In this document: positions 44,303-56,768 of the stretch, piece by piece
Layout of the letters: each line of letters begins with the position of its first letter
Position numbering within the stretch: position 1 is the first letter of the stretch
DNA from: Blastocladiella emersonii ATCC 22665
Lineage: Eukaryota; Fungi; Blastocladiomycota
Assembly: GCA_025594325.1 (NCBI GenBank)
Contig: JANHCV010000008.1
Coordinates: 868,001 to 932,000 of the forward strand
DNA length: 64,000 nucleotides
Direction: 5' to 3'
Position numbers and translations under genes: made by a program
The notes under the pieces: model-generated
The model's input: the letters and a program-made list of their open reading frames with translations, nothing else
Databases searched by the model: none
Told to the model about the DNA's origin: nothing

Positions 44303-45479
44303 GAAATACAAAGCGCGTATTTTATTAGCAAGCCCAGATGAGCACACGACTTCCCGCAAATCGGTATCGCTCGGGTTGCGTAGTTACGCGCGAGTCTGAG
44401 TGTGCAAACCTTGCTCGCGATCTCGGGCAGGGGGGCTAAGTGGGGGTGAGCAGGCTAGCCAAACCGTTGTCCCCGACCTCTGCTGCAGGTCACACGTGAG
44501 CTGACCCGCTCGCTGTGCTCCAGCAGCTCGGGTCACTCTGCCTCGTGGCGGCACGGGCCTTTCACCTCACCCACGTGTCCCCCAGCGCCCCCACCCTTCA
44601 GTTGTCGATTTCTCGCACTCTTTCTCTCTGAAATACGTTCGCCCTAACACGTTGATCATCTCGTGGAACTCACGTCCCGCTACGGCTCGACCCCGCCGAC
44701 CAGACGCCGCGTGGCCACCAGCTGTCCGCCAACCTCGCCGCCCCCGCTCTCGCGCAGCCTTCTCCGCTCGATCTTGAGCTCGTCGCCCTCCCCACTCGCA
44801 CCTACCGACGTGCAGGCGGGGCTCGCGGCCCTGCTGGTGCCCGTCCACGCTACAGACCTGCCCCACCCTCCCTTCTGCCCTCGCCGACTCTGCCCCGCTC
44901 CTTGGGCTTCGCCCCTGATCCGCTCGCCGCTCAGCTCGCCGTTCGCCGTTCGCCGGTCGATCGAACGCCTGAGCGCGCAGCCGCTACTTGCATGGTCAGC
45001 CGGCGCTTGGGGCTCTTGAACTTGTGAGCCTCGTCGTGCGCCGCGTCGTCCAGCCCACGCGCATGCACCGATCTGACCGCCATCCTCGTCTCTTCGCTCC
45101 CCTCACGTCTCTCCCTCCCCGGATCCGCTCCCGCCGCGCCAGCTTGCTTTGGTCGCGCTTGAGCATCCGAGAAAGTTTGCTGTGATGCAGGAGCTGTGGA
45201 CTCATGTTGTATCCCACGGTGCCAGCCAATCGCGATGGTTGCTCTGGCGCGTGAGTGCAGCGGGCGATGGTGGAGCTTTATTTGCGGGTGCGTTTCCCCT
45301 CAGTGCAATACAACACACTTGATTATTGCAGTCCGATCGGCGCGAAGGGGCGGCGGGGTGGGTCGTGATGTTCACGCCCGCGTGACTGCCCGTGGCGACC
45401 CAAGCCAAGGAGTGGCTGACGCGTTCCGGAGCGGAGCGACTTGCCCTTTCCTCTCCTCGTACGCGTGATATGTCATCAA

Positions 45480-46856
45480 ATGGAGGCCTCCGGGGCACAC
45501 ACTTGCTGCACCTGTATCGTCGCATGCGTGGGGCCCTGTCCCGTGCACGCGAGCAGCGCGCTAGACTTGCAACTTCCCTCGCGTGAAAGCGCTGCTGCGC
45601 TGATCAGCGCGATGAACAGCCAGCTCGACTTGATCCAGACTACCTTGCGATATCGCATCGGCTCAACTCATCCCCCCTCCTTTATGCAAACTTCGCTCGA
45701 TCTCTCAGCGAGTTCTCGCGAACGTCCGCCTGTCGATGACTTGGTGCAGCGGGTCAAGTCCGCTCAGTTCCACTTCACGGTCCGGGACCCGCTGAACGAG
45801 TCGGTCGGCTTGGAGGTCGACGCACTACTTGCCTCGCTCCTCGCCGCTGGAATTCCTTCCGGCCGTCTCGCCGAAGTCCTTCTCGCCACCCGCGACCGCG
45901 TTCCTCGCGACATTTACCGCGCGTTCGCAATCACGCTGCGCCCCGACATGTCCGACTCGGCCGCGCGAGTGGCAGTCAAAGCCGTCTTTTCGTCGCCGCG
46001 TCCCGCGTGGCTCACTTCGTGGCTTACGTTCGTTGTCAAGCGGCACATGGACGGGCACGTCGTTGTCAAATCCGCGCTCGCAATCGTACGGGACGCGTGC
46101 GGAGACCGATCCGGCGGCACGCGGCTCGCGCACATCAAGGCGCTGTTTGCGGACCGCATCGTTGGTGTGAACGCCGATGCGCTCCGCGACGAGATTGCAG
46201 ACGCGCGGTGCACGCTAAGCGAACTGCTCGCGAAGGGAATCCACCTGGCGCAGGACGCGGGCGAGTCCCGGCCGCGCCAAATTGACGCGCGTGATCCGAT
46301 TTCACGCAGCGTGACGCCGGTCCGCGGCGCGTCACGCTCCTCTCGAATCATCACGTGCGGCTTCTGCCGCGAGCTGCTGGGCGTACCGCACCGCAAGGGT
46401 AAGCTGCCAAAGGCGGACGGACACACGGCCGACACGTGCGACCGCGTCATCAACCCGACGAACGCGGCCGTCACGGTGCACCTGGCCCTTCGCACGTTCC
46501 CGCACGCGACTCACTCGCGGGTCTCTGCGCCGCCCCGCGTCGGCTCGCTCGAGGCGATCATCCGTTGCGAAGACGACATGCTCGAGGACGTTCGCGTGCT
46601 CGCGCGCGAAATGAAACCGTACTGCGACGACAGTAACGCGGGGCGGCTTGGGTACGCGGTCCTGCGCGAGCTCCAGACCGTCCAGCCCGCCAAAGTGCGT
46701 GCGATGGCCGTCTTCAAGATGATCACGGTGCTCCACCGGATGGACCGCGCGCCAGCCGGCCAATCAGTTGAACTCACCCGCGATGACGCCGTGCGGCACT
46801 TGCGCGATGTCGAGTCGCGGATTGGGATTGGATACCGTCAACTGAAAGGAAAGTAA
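45480..46856 (+). CDS. Gag-derived member 14 (intact; sister of member 9)
   Basis: LISAMNSQLDLIQTTLRYR; GIPSGRLAEVLL; HIKALFADRI; CGFC-x18-H-x4-C. Confidence 0.8.
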   Translation: MEASGAHTCCTCIVACVGPCPVHASSALDLQLPSRESAAALISAMNSQLDLIQTTLRYRIGSTHPPSFMQTSLDLSASSRERPPVDDLVQRVKSAQFHFTVRDPLNESVGLEVDALLASLLAAGIPSGRLAEVLLATRDRVPRDIYRAFAITLRPDMSDSAARVAVKAVFSSPRPAWLTSWLTFVVKRHMDGHVVVKSALAIVRDACGDRSGGTRLAHIKALFADRIVGVNADALRDEIADARCTLSELLAKGIHLAQDAGESRPRQIDARDPISRSVTPVRGASRSSRIITCGFCRELLGVPHRKGKLPKADGHTADTCDRVINPTNAAVTVHLALRTFPHATHSRVSAPPRVGSLEAIIRCEDDMLEDVRVLAREMKPYCDDSNAGRLGYAVLRELQTVQPAKVRAMAVFKMITVLHRMDRAPAGQSVELTRDDAVRHLRDVESRIGIGYRQLKGK

Positions 46857-47117
46857 TAGAGCGAGTTGTTGACAAGTTGCCGCAGCAACAGTTCATGTGA
46901 GCCGCGTGTGCAATGGTGAGTGTTTTAGTCACGGCTGTCCAAGGTTAATTAGATCGTGAAGCCGCAAGCTACACTATCAAAACGGGTTGCATCAGGCACA
47001 CAGGGAGAATGGACCAGCAGCGCCGTTCGCAGCAGAGTGGCGCAACGCGTTCCTACGAGTGGCCGCCGCCCGCGCAACGGCCGCTCCCCGCTCAATACAC
47101 ATGTCTCGCCCCCTGCT

Positions 47118-48614
47118 ATGAATACGCCGAGTGGCACTCCATGCAACCTATTTCTCGCTCTATCCCCAACGGATTTCGACCGCGACCTGGCGTCTGCCGT
47201 GGCGGCGTTCGATCGTGCCGCGGTCGCGGATGAACTTGAGACCGCATCCAGCAGGGAGCTTGCCGTTCTCGAGCAGGGAGCGCTTTGCAACATCCTTTCT
47301 TGCCGTCTTGACTTGCTTCGGGCTGCGTTGCGCGCGCGCGTCACACCTGAAGCCGTTTTGGCGGAGCCAATCGTTGGAGCGTCCCATGCCTTGTTCAACA
47401 CCCAATCGACATGGACGGCGATCGCCAAGCTTATTGTTACCAAACCGACTATCGAATTTTGTACGGATCTGACTGTATCCGCCCTCCCTGTGGTGGAATC
47501 ACTCGTGCAGGGACCGGCTCTGCTTTCAGCTGCGGCCGAGCCGCTCGCGACCGAACTCGAACTCTCCGCATCATCGTCCGAGCTGGATTATCACGAACCG
47601 GTCTTGGCCACCACGGTGTCGGTGTACTCGGCAGCTCCCAATCCAACGCAACCGGCAACTGCACCAGACCTTACGTCCCGCCCCGAGGCAAAACCCAAAC
47701 TGGCGCTTGCGCTGAATCACACCCTGCTTTCCGCGTGCGCGACCCTCGGACCGTACATTCGCGCCATCGAGCTCGGCCACGAAACGGACGACTTCGACTA
47801 CGACGCGATTTGCCGTGCTGCCGAGTCCATGGTTGAGCTTCTCTCAATCGGAGTCGAGCCAGGCCGCCTCGCGCACGCGTTGATCGACTCGCACGACCGC
47901 GTCCCGTCCAGCATCTACCGCGCCTACGCGATCGTGCTTTTGCCCGAGATGCCCGACGACGCAGCGCGTGCTGCCGTGCTATCCGTGTTCGGTTCACTGA
48001 GGCCGGCGTGGGTCGCGAACTGGATCAGGTATGCCGTGAAACCGAAACCGGACCGGCAGTTCAAGCTCCAGGGACTGTCGCATTTTGCGCTGCGGATTCT
48101 GGTCAACTCGGATTCGGGGTTCGCGACCCGCTCTGCATGCGTGCACATCAAGTCCCTTTTCATCGACCGCTTTGCTTGGGTTGATCAGTCAGCGCTCGCC
48201 CAGCGGATTAACGATCCGGAGTGCAAGCTCAAGGAGCTGTTCAAGGCTGCGTTTGGCTTGTACGAACGGACCGCTGCTCCCTTTGACCAGCAACCGAAGT
48301 CGCCCCTTGCTGTTTCCGCTGGCCCTTCTGTTGCCGCCGACCGTGTGCCGCTTACCTCCAAGCCTGTCATCAAAACACCGCCAAGGAAGCTATTGACGCG
48401 AAAGTCGATCCAGATGCCGCTTGCGCGTGATGAGCCGCACGTGGAGCAACCCGTCTCGATTTTAGCTCGCGGACTGCTGCTTCCTTCGATTGTCGCAAGG
48501 ACGTGGCCCACCCAGCTTTGGGCCATTCTGCTTCCGCGGGCCGCCCGCCGCCCAAAATCCTTGAACTGGGTGAGATCGAATGCTCAACCCTTGCCGCTCA
48601 GACAATTGATGTGA
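47118..48614 (+). CDS. Gag-derived member 15 (core, no knuckle; overlaps member 16)
   Basis: MNTPSGTPCN; LCNILSCRLDLLRAALRAR; GVEPGRLAHAL...PAWVANWIRY...HIKSLFIDRF. Confidence 0.75.
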   Translation: MNTPSGTPCNLFLALSPTDFDRDLASAVAAFDRAAVADELETASSRELAVLEQGALCNILSCRLDLLRAALRARVTPEAVLAEPIVGASHALFNTQSTWTAIAKLIVTKPTIEFCTDLTVSALPVVESLVQGPALLSAAAEPLATELELSASSSELDYHEPVLATTVSVYSAAPNPTQPATAPDLTSRPEAKPKLALALNHTLLSACATLGPYIRAIELGHETDDFDYDAICRAAESMVELLSIGVEPGRLAHALIDSHDRVPSSIYRAYAIVLLPEMPDDAARAAVLSVFGSLRPAWVANWIRYAVKPKPDRQFKLQGLSHFALRILVNSDSGFATRSACVHIKSLFIDRFAWVDQSALAQRINDPECKLKELFKAAFGLYERTAAPFDQQPKSPLAVSAGPSVAADRVPLTSKPVIKTPPRKLLTRKSIQMPLARDEPHVEQPVSILARGLLLPSIVARTWPTQLWAILLPRAARRPKSLNWVRSNAQPLPLRQLM

Positions 48615-49203
48615 TTGGTGCTTCGGCCGCTCGCTCTGCCCGGCCATCCGATCCGCGCCCTTTATCGCCACGGCTTCCTTCGCGACCTCCCGCTTTGCAC
48701 CACCCCGACTCTCTAGTGGTTTGCCATCGCGGCGCGGAGTTTGACGTGGATCTCGGCCACGCACTCCGCGACTGTGGCCCTGCCCTCCGGCTAACACAAA
48801 CCATGCACCGCGACTACACGTTCCAATCAGGTGCCGAGTTCATGGACGCGCTCCAGCGCTTTGCGCCCAATTTTGGTCTCGCGAGCCTTCTCCTCACCGC
48901 TTCCCGGTGCGTGCCGCGGCCGCTTTACCATGTCTACTCGCTGTTCATGCGCGAGGGCATGCCGGACGACTTGGCGCGAGAGCTGTTCTTCAACGCCCTC
49001 GACCCGGCTTGGAAGCGCGACTGGGTCCGCTAGTGGATCGCGCTCACGCCGCAACCTGGAGAGTCTGTGTGGTGCTTCTACGGCACGTTCCGCGCGGTGC
49101 TGTCCGAGGATGCCGTCGTTGACCGCGACCCCGCACTGCGCCAGCTCAAGCTCGTCTTTACCGACAAACTGTACGCGGGGCTCCGGAACGTGCCGGGCCC
49201 CGT
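48503..49203 (+). pseudogene. Gag-derived member 16, 5' part (second core), split at 49203
   Basis: AEFMDALQRFAPNFGLASLLL...VPRPLYHVYSLFMR...WKRDWVR*WI...QLKLVFTDKLYAGLRNVPGPV; continues in frame at 60068. Confidence 0.8.
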
Positions 49204-49799
49204 CATCGTGAAACGCCATTTTGGCGCTGGAACCAGGCTAGCCGATTGGAGCTCGCAGGAGACCCGATTGGACCTGCAACCTGACCCGACTGGGCCTGGC
49301 TATACCCGACCGCGCCTGAGGTGACCCGATTCCTCATGGAAATAAATTAAATGAGGTCAGCCCCGGACTCGAAGACTTAGACACGTAAATCGATGAGCTC
49401 AAATTCTACCTCAAGAATTAAATGATGGATTCGCGGCCCGAAACGCTCGATCAAGGAAGAAAGTGCTCCCTGAAAGGGAGCGCTATCTGAGGAGAGACGG
49501 TGCAATAATGAGGAGAAGCGAACGAGCTCGAGATATATACAGGTACGCCAGCGCAAGAATTCTGAAATCCTAGCGAACTGCAGCCGCGGAACAGAATGAA
49601 CGCGTGCGAGTCTGCTTCGTGTAGTGCGGGCCGAGTATCAGGTTGAGGACGGCGACGATTGAGCTGTTGTTGATGATTGCGCGGCCGCGCGCGGGGTTGG
49701 AGTTGACTCGCCCATCCGCGTGCGCACGATGACGCCCGTCTCGCTGCAGCGGCGGTCAACCACGAGCGTGTCGGATCACGGCGAACTCGCGCGCGCGAC

Positions 49800-50990
49800 C
49801 GCCGTCGTACCGGCACTTGACGAACTGCACCAGGTGGCCGATGCGGTGGGGATTCCGGCCGTCGTCGGTCACGGTCGTGCAGAGCACGCCATCGCGGGCC
49901 ACGCGACCGTGTTACAACTTCTGCCGCGCGTGCGCGATCTGCTCGATCGGGCGCCAAAGCAGCGCCGCCGACGTCATGGCGATCTTGGCCTGCTTGAAGA
50001 CGCCGATGGTCACGTCGGGCAAAAAGTCGCGGTCGCCGTCGCGCGCCGTAGCCGCGGAGCCACACACGAGGAGAAGCGGACAGCGACGAGATCGGGACGA
50101 GGCGGTGGTCGACGCGGCGCGCGCGAGGTGAGCACGTGCGAGTACACGTGGAAGATGGACGTGAGCAGGTCGGGGCGGAACACGGCCAGGTCGGCGAGCG
50201 CGTAGGCAGCGAGCGGCGAAGCCCGTCGCCCCACTCCTCGTCACCGCCGCCGTGGTCGGTCGCGCCACCTGACTCGCCAGGCCGCCGCCGCCACTGGCGG
50301 GCCTGCCGAAATACACGTCGGCCTCGGGCTGCACGATCTCGAAATGCTAGTACAGCGGCGGAGTCTCGAGCCACTCGTGCATGAACACGGGCAGGCGGAC
50401 GAGGGCCACGAAGTCGGCGAAGGCGCGCATGATGGCGAGGAGCGACTCGACGACGGCGATGGTCTTCATGGTGCACAGGCCGACGGCGACCACGTTGACA
50501 AACACCGGGTAGATCGTGGCCTCGACGGTGATGGACTCGGACCGCGAGCGGCGAAAGGGCGAGGAGAAGGGCAGCGCCGGCGACGCGTAGTAAGTGAGCG
50601 GCTCTACGACCGACTTGCGCGACGGCGGGTCACGCTTGCGCATGTCGCGCTCGGCGCGCAGCGTCTGCAGGGTCGCACGCGCGCCACGCGCCGCGGCGAC
50701 GCTATCTCGCGGGTGAGATGTGGCAAATAGTCGGCGGGAAGGGAGGTGGGGTGCATGATGTTGTTGTGCTTGAGCCGCGGGTCCAGGTGCAGCTCCTTGC
50801 AGGACCCGAACAAGACCGTGACGGCCGCAGCGTGGTGTAGCGGGCGCGCCTACTCGGTCGCGAGCAAGCGGGCACGCAGGCCGAGCTCGAGCGAAGAGGT
50901 GGCGGCCGGCGGTAGTGGGTAAAGCTTCATGGGGCGCCGGCAACAGCGAGCGGGGGGGAGAGTGAGGGCAGCCCGCTCCGGGACTTGGCG
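49800..50990 (-). pseudogene. Decayed gene in the outer element; boundaries approximate
   Basis: Coding-like stretches joined across in-frame TAGs: LLATE*ARPLHH..., ...WLETPPLY*HFEIVQPEADVYFG. Confidence 0.45.
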
Positions 50991-51225
50991 TTTTTTCGAG
51001 CAGCGGTCGAGCGGCAGAGGCCCTGTCAACCAGTCACATGAGCCCCGGTGACGTCGGCGCACCTGCGTTTCGCTCGCGCCGATCGACGCCACCGGCTCGC
51101 CCTCACTTGAGCGCCCGCCCGCCACCCCGCGCAGCCCGCTCTTCCATCCGCCCTCACGAGCACGACACCCTGGCGATCCGCCACCCGACCACCACCCGAT
51201 CCCTGCCCATCCTCCTCACCATGGC

Positions 51226-52280
51226 GGACTGTGTCGCGCGTCCGTGACGCTCCGTCTCCTCCCCGTCGCGCTCGCGCTCGCGGTCCTCAAGCTCCCGCCT
51301 GGCCTCGCCGGCATGACCACGCTCGGCCACCGCCTCAAGACCCTCGGCAAACATACGCTCGCTCTCCCCCACGGTTCTGGAAGCGTATGCGTCAGCCTGG
51401 CCGTCCCCGCGCTCCGTGAGCACCGCGCTGACAGCGCTGCATCGTCCCGACACCGTCTAGGCTTCGATCGCGACGCGGCTTCTGCCCTAACGTGTGCGAC
51501 AAGACCACGCTCTCGGGGCGTCCCCAGCGTGACCCGCGGCATCGCCGCCCGCTCGTCTGGCTTTACACGTCGTCGACGTACGCGATACGCTTGCCCGCGG
51601 TGCCGCAACGCGTACTTCTCGACTGACCTCTCATCCCCGCGACTGCTAGGCACCATGCCCCCGTGGTTCGAGCACTTTTAGTACCACGTCATCTTCGACA
51701 CGGACGGCGAGTTCGTGCCCGCCGTCGCCGACGTCGAGCTGGTGGTGCGCGTCCTGTACTAGGTCTACGCCGTGGTCGACCGCATCTCGCACGCGCATGC
51801 GCGCCCAAGGGCTACCACCACGCCACGTCCGTGTTCTACTCGGGCCGCACTCCGTGCCACGAGGACCACGCCGGCCGCCGTGACAAGATGATCGAGGCCG
51901 CTGGCGACTGGTTATCTAGTCGTGGACCCGAAACCCCGAGATCGCGGTCGTGGAGAAGACGGCGACCTGCAAGAACAAGGTCGCGGCCGCCGAGTTCATG
52001 GCCGTGCTCAACAAGACCGTCCCCGTTTCGCCCTGCGACTGCCCGCCCGACATCGTGTCCCAGACGCTGCGCGAGGCCGTGTTCATTCATCTCGCACGAG
52101 GTCGTCGTGTTCGACGTGAGAACGTCATGTTGCCAAGGTCGCGGGCCCCAGCGCGACGCCAAGTCGGAGGTCGCGGTCGCGGTCGTGGTCGCGGGCGCCC
52201 CTCAAGCGCACGCGCGAGCTGCGCGAGGAGTACGCGAATGGCCGGAGCAGGCGATCTGCGTTTGTTGGGTGATGCATTGA
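51226..52280 (+). pseudogene. Decayed divergent gene in the outer element
   Basis: MPPWFEHF*YHVIFDTDGEFV...VRVLY*VYAVVDR...KNKVAAAEFMAVLNKTV; stops and frameshifts. Confidence 0.45.
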
Positions 52281-53823
52281 ATTCGAGTGTCTTTCTCTGA
52301 TCAATTTCTCTTTTCTTTTCGATTTGCTAGCTGTATTTCGAGGAGCTGATTTTTTGCAGCGTGAAAAACGCGCTTAGTGCAGGAAACCCGATTGGGTTGG
52401 TTGTGAGGCCGAGTTTCAATTGAATCTGGCGAGGTCCAATCGGGCCTCCGGGGTCCGATTAGAGACCTTGCGAAAAGTCGGGCCCGACTTTCGTCCTGGC
52501 CCCACGCATTCAGCCACGCGGTGTGGCGTAATGCACAGGCCCGCGCGAGCACCGGCCCCGACTTTTCTAGGGGGACCCGACTTTTCTCGGGGTCGGTCCT
52601 GCGCGAGCGCTCGAGGTGCCAGATCAGGGACCAGTCGAGCGGGGAGGGTCTCGCGAGCCCCCACGGCAAAGCCTCGGGGCCAACGTGGCCCGCGCGCGCG
52701 TGAGGCAAGCCACATCGCAAAACCTGCAGCACCGCTCTGGCCCGGATCTGAGCCAGACTGCGCTTCTGGGCCGGATCCGGCTCAGACGCCGGCGGCGGGG
52801 TGGGCGCGCGCGGAGGGGCTGGGGTGTTGGGGCGGGATCCGGCCCAGATGAGCCGTCTGGCTCAGATCCGGGCCAGATCTGGTTGCCGGGCCCAGATCCG
52901 GCCCAGACGGGGGACTTGGCCGCGAGCTGCAGCTGCCATGGCCGCGAGCCGCGGCGGCGGGACGGTGGGACGCGGTGTCAAGTATCAAATGCATGTATTG
53001 ATTGCTATGGGTCGATCCGCGGGGCGAGGGCGAGCGAGAGTGGTCGCTGCGCAACGTGGTCGCGATGCCCGCCGCGGGCGACGCCATACCCGCCCACCAG
53101 GGACTGGTGGACAGCGTGGGGACGCGGCAGCAGCGACCACCGCGGCGGCGGCGGCCACCGTGCGTAGCGGTGGCTGCTGAGCTGATGCGATGGCCGCGAG
53201 TCGGCCCGGCCGGCCACACGGCCGCTGCGGTGGCACGGTCCGCGGCGGCGGCAGCGCGAGGTCCGGCGCGCGAGGACGGCGGCGACTTGACCCGCGCCGG
53301 GTCTTGAGCGAGGTGGCGCGTGTCGGAACGATCCGGCGGCGACGGCTTCACCGCCACCGTCTTCTGCGCGGCGGGCCCAAGACGCGCGCGCGAGAGATCT
53401 CGACGAACGCCAAGGCGCGGCGAGCCGCCGAGGCACGGTCGCGCGCGGCGGCACGCTTGTCGGGCGGCTCAGCGCTGTCGATGATGCCTGTCGACCCGCG
53501 AAAACGAGTAGGCGGAGTGCGGGCCATAGGTCGCGGCGCGCGCAGCCAATGCGACCGCCGCCACGGAGCCGCGGGCGAGCGAGAACCGGCGTCGGCGGAG
53601 CCGCGGGCGAGCGAGAACCGGCGTCGGCGGAGATGGTGGTGGGCCAGCGACCGTCGGGACCGCGCGTGAAGTTGCAGCCGTGTGCGACCAGCCGTGCGCG
53701 ACCGACGGACTCGGGTGAGGCAAAGAATGCAATGAAGCCGAGCCGGACTAGCCCATGGCGGCTGCAGACGTGGTGGAGAGGAGGGGCGAGCGCGGCGGGG
53801 TGGGGATGGTGGGCGAGCGTTGC

Positions 53824-56371
53824 TCAGCGCAGGATCGAGTTGAAGGCCGTGTCAGACTCCTGGAAGAACTGCTCGCGGCCGATGAACCAATTAAGGTGGT
53901 AGTACGGCTTCTTCTTGGGCTTCCCGTTGACGAGGTGCTTGAGGAACGTCGGCACGAGATGGACAGGGCCGACGATGGCGGGAACGGGTACGACGGCAAG
54001 GGCGTCCTCGCGGCGCACCTGGATCAGGTGAGTGATGGCGTCGCGGGCGAGCATGGTGTTGCTGTTGGGCTTGAACCGCGAGAACCAGCGACCGACGGCG
54101 ACCTGGAAGCGGTCGTCAAAGCCCTTGATGGCAAAGTCGAGGAAGAGGATGGGCTCCATGATGTTGAGCCCGCCCTGGTTGCCGCGCCAAGCCTGGGTTT
54201 GTCGCCAGGGGGAGGCGATCAGTAACGAGTGGTGTAAAGCGGCAGGAAGATAACAAGGCGAGGTTAAACGTACCACAAAAAAGTCGTTGACGAGGCGACC
54301 ATGGGACTCGGTGACGCGGGCCTTGAGGATCTCGACGATCGGCTGGCGGTCGAGGTCGCTCGTGCGATGGATCTCCATGCACTGGAACCCGCGGACCTGC
54401 GACACGCGGCCGGCGGCATCGGTAAGGTCCTTGGGACGAAGCGCAGCGTTGGCGTCGCGGTTGCTGGGTGGCAGAAAAGGACAGGGAGCGAACAGGAGAG
54501 TGGCGTCAGTGCATGACTTCGAGAGAGGGCAGTGATGCGGGAGTACGTACTCGATGCCGAGCAGGACGTGCTTGGCCATGGCCTTGGTGAGGCCGCGCAG
54601 GAGGTTTGGGAACTTGTTCTCGAGCCAGTCGAGCGTGACGCCGCGGCGGGACCCGCGCAGCAGCGAGGGAACGACACTGAGCGTGATGCGGCGCTCCTCG
54701 TACTGCAACTCGACGCAGCTGACGGCGGGCTGTGGTTCAGCAGCAGCGTCAGTAGCGGCCGTCGGCGCGCCAGCGCCTGCAGTCGTCGCGCCGTTGCCCA
54801 CAGCGCCTGTGGCCGCCGACATGGCATTGACCTCGGCAATGAGCTCCGGGCTGCCGTAGAGGCGAGCGTAGACGCGGCCCTCGTCCGTGGCAATGTCGAT
54901 GTCCATGTTGTCGACACACCGGATGGTGCCTGCAGCGGCGGGCGCGGGGGCAGCAGTGGCGGCAGCAAAGGTCGTTGTGGGTGCTCGGGTGGGCGCGGGG
55001 GCAGCGGTGGCGGCGGCAAAGGTCGTTGCGGGTGCTTGGGCGGCGGGCGCAGGGGCAAAGGTCGTTGCGGGTGCTGGGGCGGCGGGCGCAGGGGCAAAGG
55101 TCGTCGCGGGCGTGGAGGCACAAGCGGCGGCCACTCGAGCCCGCGCGCCGTCCAGTGCCCGGTCGAGGGGCGCGAGCGTCGGGTCGACCTTGTCGAGCGA
55201 GATGAGGTCGGGGTGGTAGACGCGCATGTAGGAGAACTGCGCGATCAGGGCGTCGCGTGCAGCAATGTTGAGCGACGCCAAAATCTTGAGCGACTGCTGG
55301 CTGTTGGTGCGCTTCGTTGGTGCTGTCGCGTACACCTTGTGCTGGAGCTCGATTGTGGTCTCGGTGCTGGACGCCGCCGGCGCGCCGAAACGGCGTGCCG
55401 AGCCCGGGATGTGGTTCATCATATGAAACACGAGGGCGTCGGGGAGGTCGACACCGGCGTCCTCAAAGAACAGCACGAGGTGCTCGAAGAAGACGTCGAG
55501 GTACCGTCCAATCAGCTCCAGCGCCGAGTTGGTGAGGGTCGGCGAGGACGCGAGCGTGGCCACGGTCGCGAAGCTGCTGAACAGGTGCAGGACGCGGTCG
55601 TTGAGCTCCTTCTCGCGAAACAGGCCGATCAGGTGCGGCACAATCACCTACAGGCAAAGCGACGCAAACACGATGAGTAAGCATTGGAAGGGAGCCAGCC
55701 AGCAGCGAGTCTACCCAAGCACGGAGAAACACACGTACGCGGTAAAGGCACCGCCACTCGTGCCCGGCGAGCTTGTCACGCGTCATGATGGCGCCGGCGC
55801 GCAGCGGGTTGCTCGAGAAGGCGGGCGTCATGCTGATGCGCTGCTCGAGGCTCGGCGGGTGCGTCACGCGCTTCTTGACAATGGCCTTGAGCGCCGACCA
55901 CAGGTAGCGGCCAAACGCGCCGATATCGAGCTGGTGCAGCAGGTCGACAGCGAGACACTTGAAGATGTTGACGCTGGGCCACTCCTTGAAGCCGCTCTAC
56001 ACGTCGTTCGTGTGGGGGCAAAATGGTCGGTGAGTGAGACATGGGCGGCGCCAAAGCGCAGTGGGCATGGAGAGAGCCAGCGCACCTTGAGCAGGTGGTA
56101 CCCGAGAGTTTTGGCCAGCGCCTTGAGCTGGGCCTTGCTCAGGCCCATGACGGCGGGTCGACGCGCTTGGCGCGGATCTCCTCGATGTTGTAGGACCCGA
56201 AGATGAGCATGCGTTTGAGAAACTGCGCGACCTCGGTCGGGCAATGCGGGCAGACGATGCCCTGCTTGGTGAGCGTCATGATTGAGAGCTCAGGGAGGTC
56301 GCCGAGCACCTGCAGCAGCCGCATGAACGTCTTGTAGACGTCACCGGGTGCGACTCGCATCGGACGCCCGC
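53824..56371 (-). CDS. Plavaka-like transposase, spliced, N-terminal part apparently missing
   Basis: GDLPELSIMTLTKQGIVCPHC (compare ADYPEQ...CPxC); AVDLLHQLDIGAFGRYLW (compare PD.LHQ...G.F...L..W); VFHMMNHIPGSARRFG. Exon boundaries not fully resolved. Confidence 0.65.
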
Positions 56372-56768
56372 TACACATGCGCGAGTACAAGGGCAAAGTC
56401 AGTGAGGGTGGGCGGCCCAGCGTTGGCGTGCGCGCGCGCGGGAGAGATTGCGGCGCAGCGGCGAGGCAGCGACGCGCCGAGCACATGATTGGCGCGTTGG
56501 CGCGTTGGCGCGTTTGCGCGTTCGGCGGCGTGCTGCACAGCCTGCTGCACAGCGGCGGCGAAGAGGCAGGCAAAGAGGGGGCGCCCCCTCGCCCCGCCCC
56601 GCCCGCTCCCGCTCCCGCTCTCCCTCCCCTCTCTTGACTTTGCGCCTGCTCGGCCTCGGTCGCTTCTGCTCCCGCAAGACACCCGCCGCCCTCGACCTGC
56701 TGGCATCCGACCCACCCGCCCTCCACCGCCACCGTCACCGCCATCTCGCGTCCCGAGCGTCGCCCGTC

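Noticed and set aside
44330-45250. Pyrimidine-rich tract with short ORFs as a gene or retroelement
   Set aside because: No recognisable domain, termini or second copy in the window.
52416-53902. Many overlapping 80-190 aa Arg/Gly/Ala ORFs
   Set aside because: Subterminal-repeat, very GC-rich DNA that is stop-poor in all frames; no domain signal.
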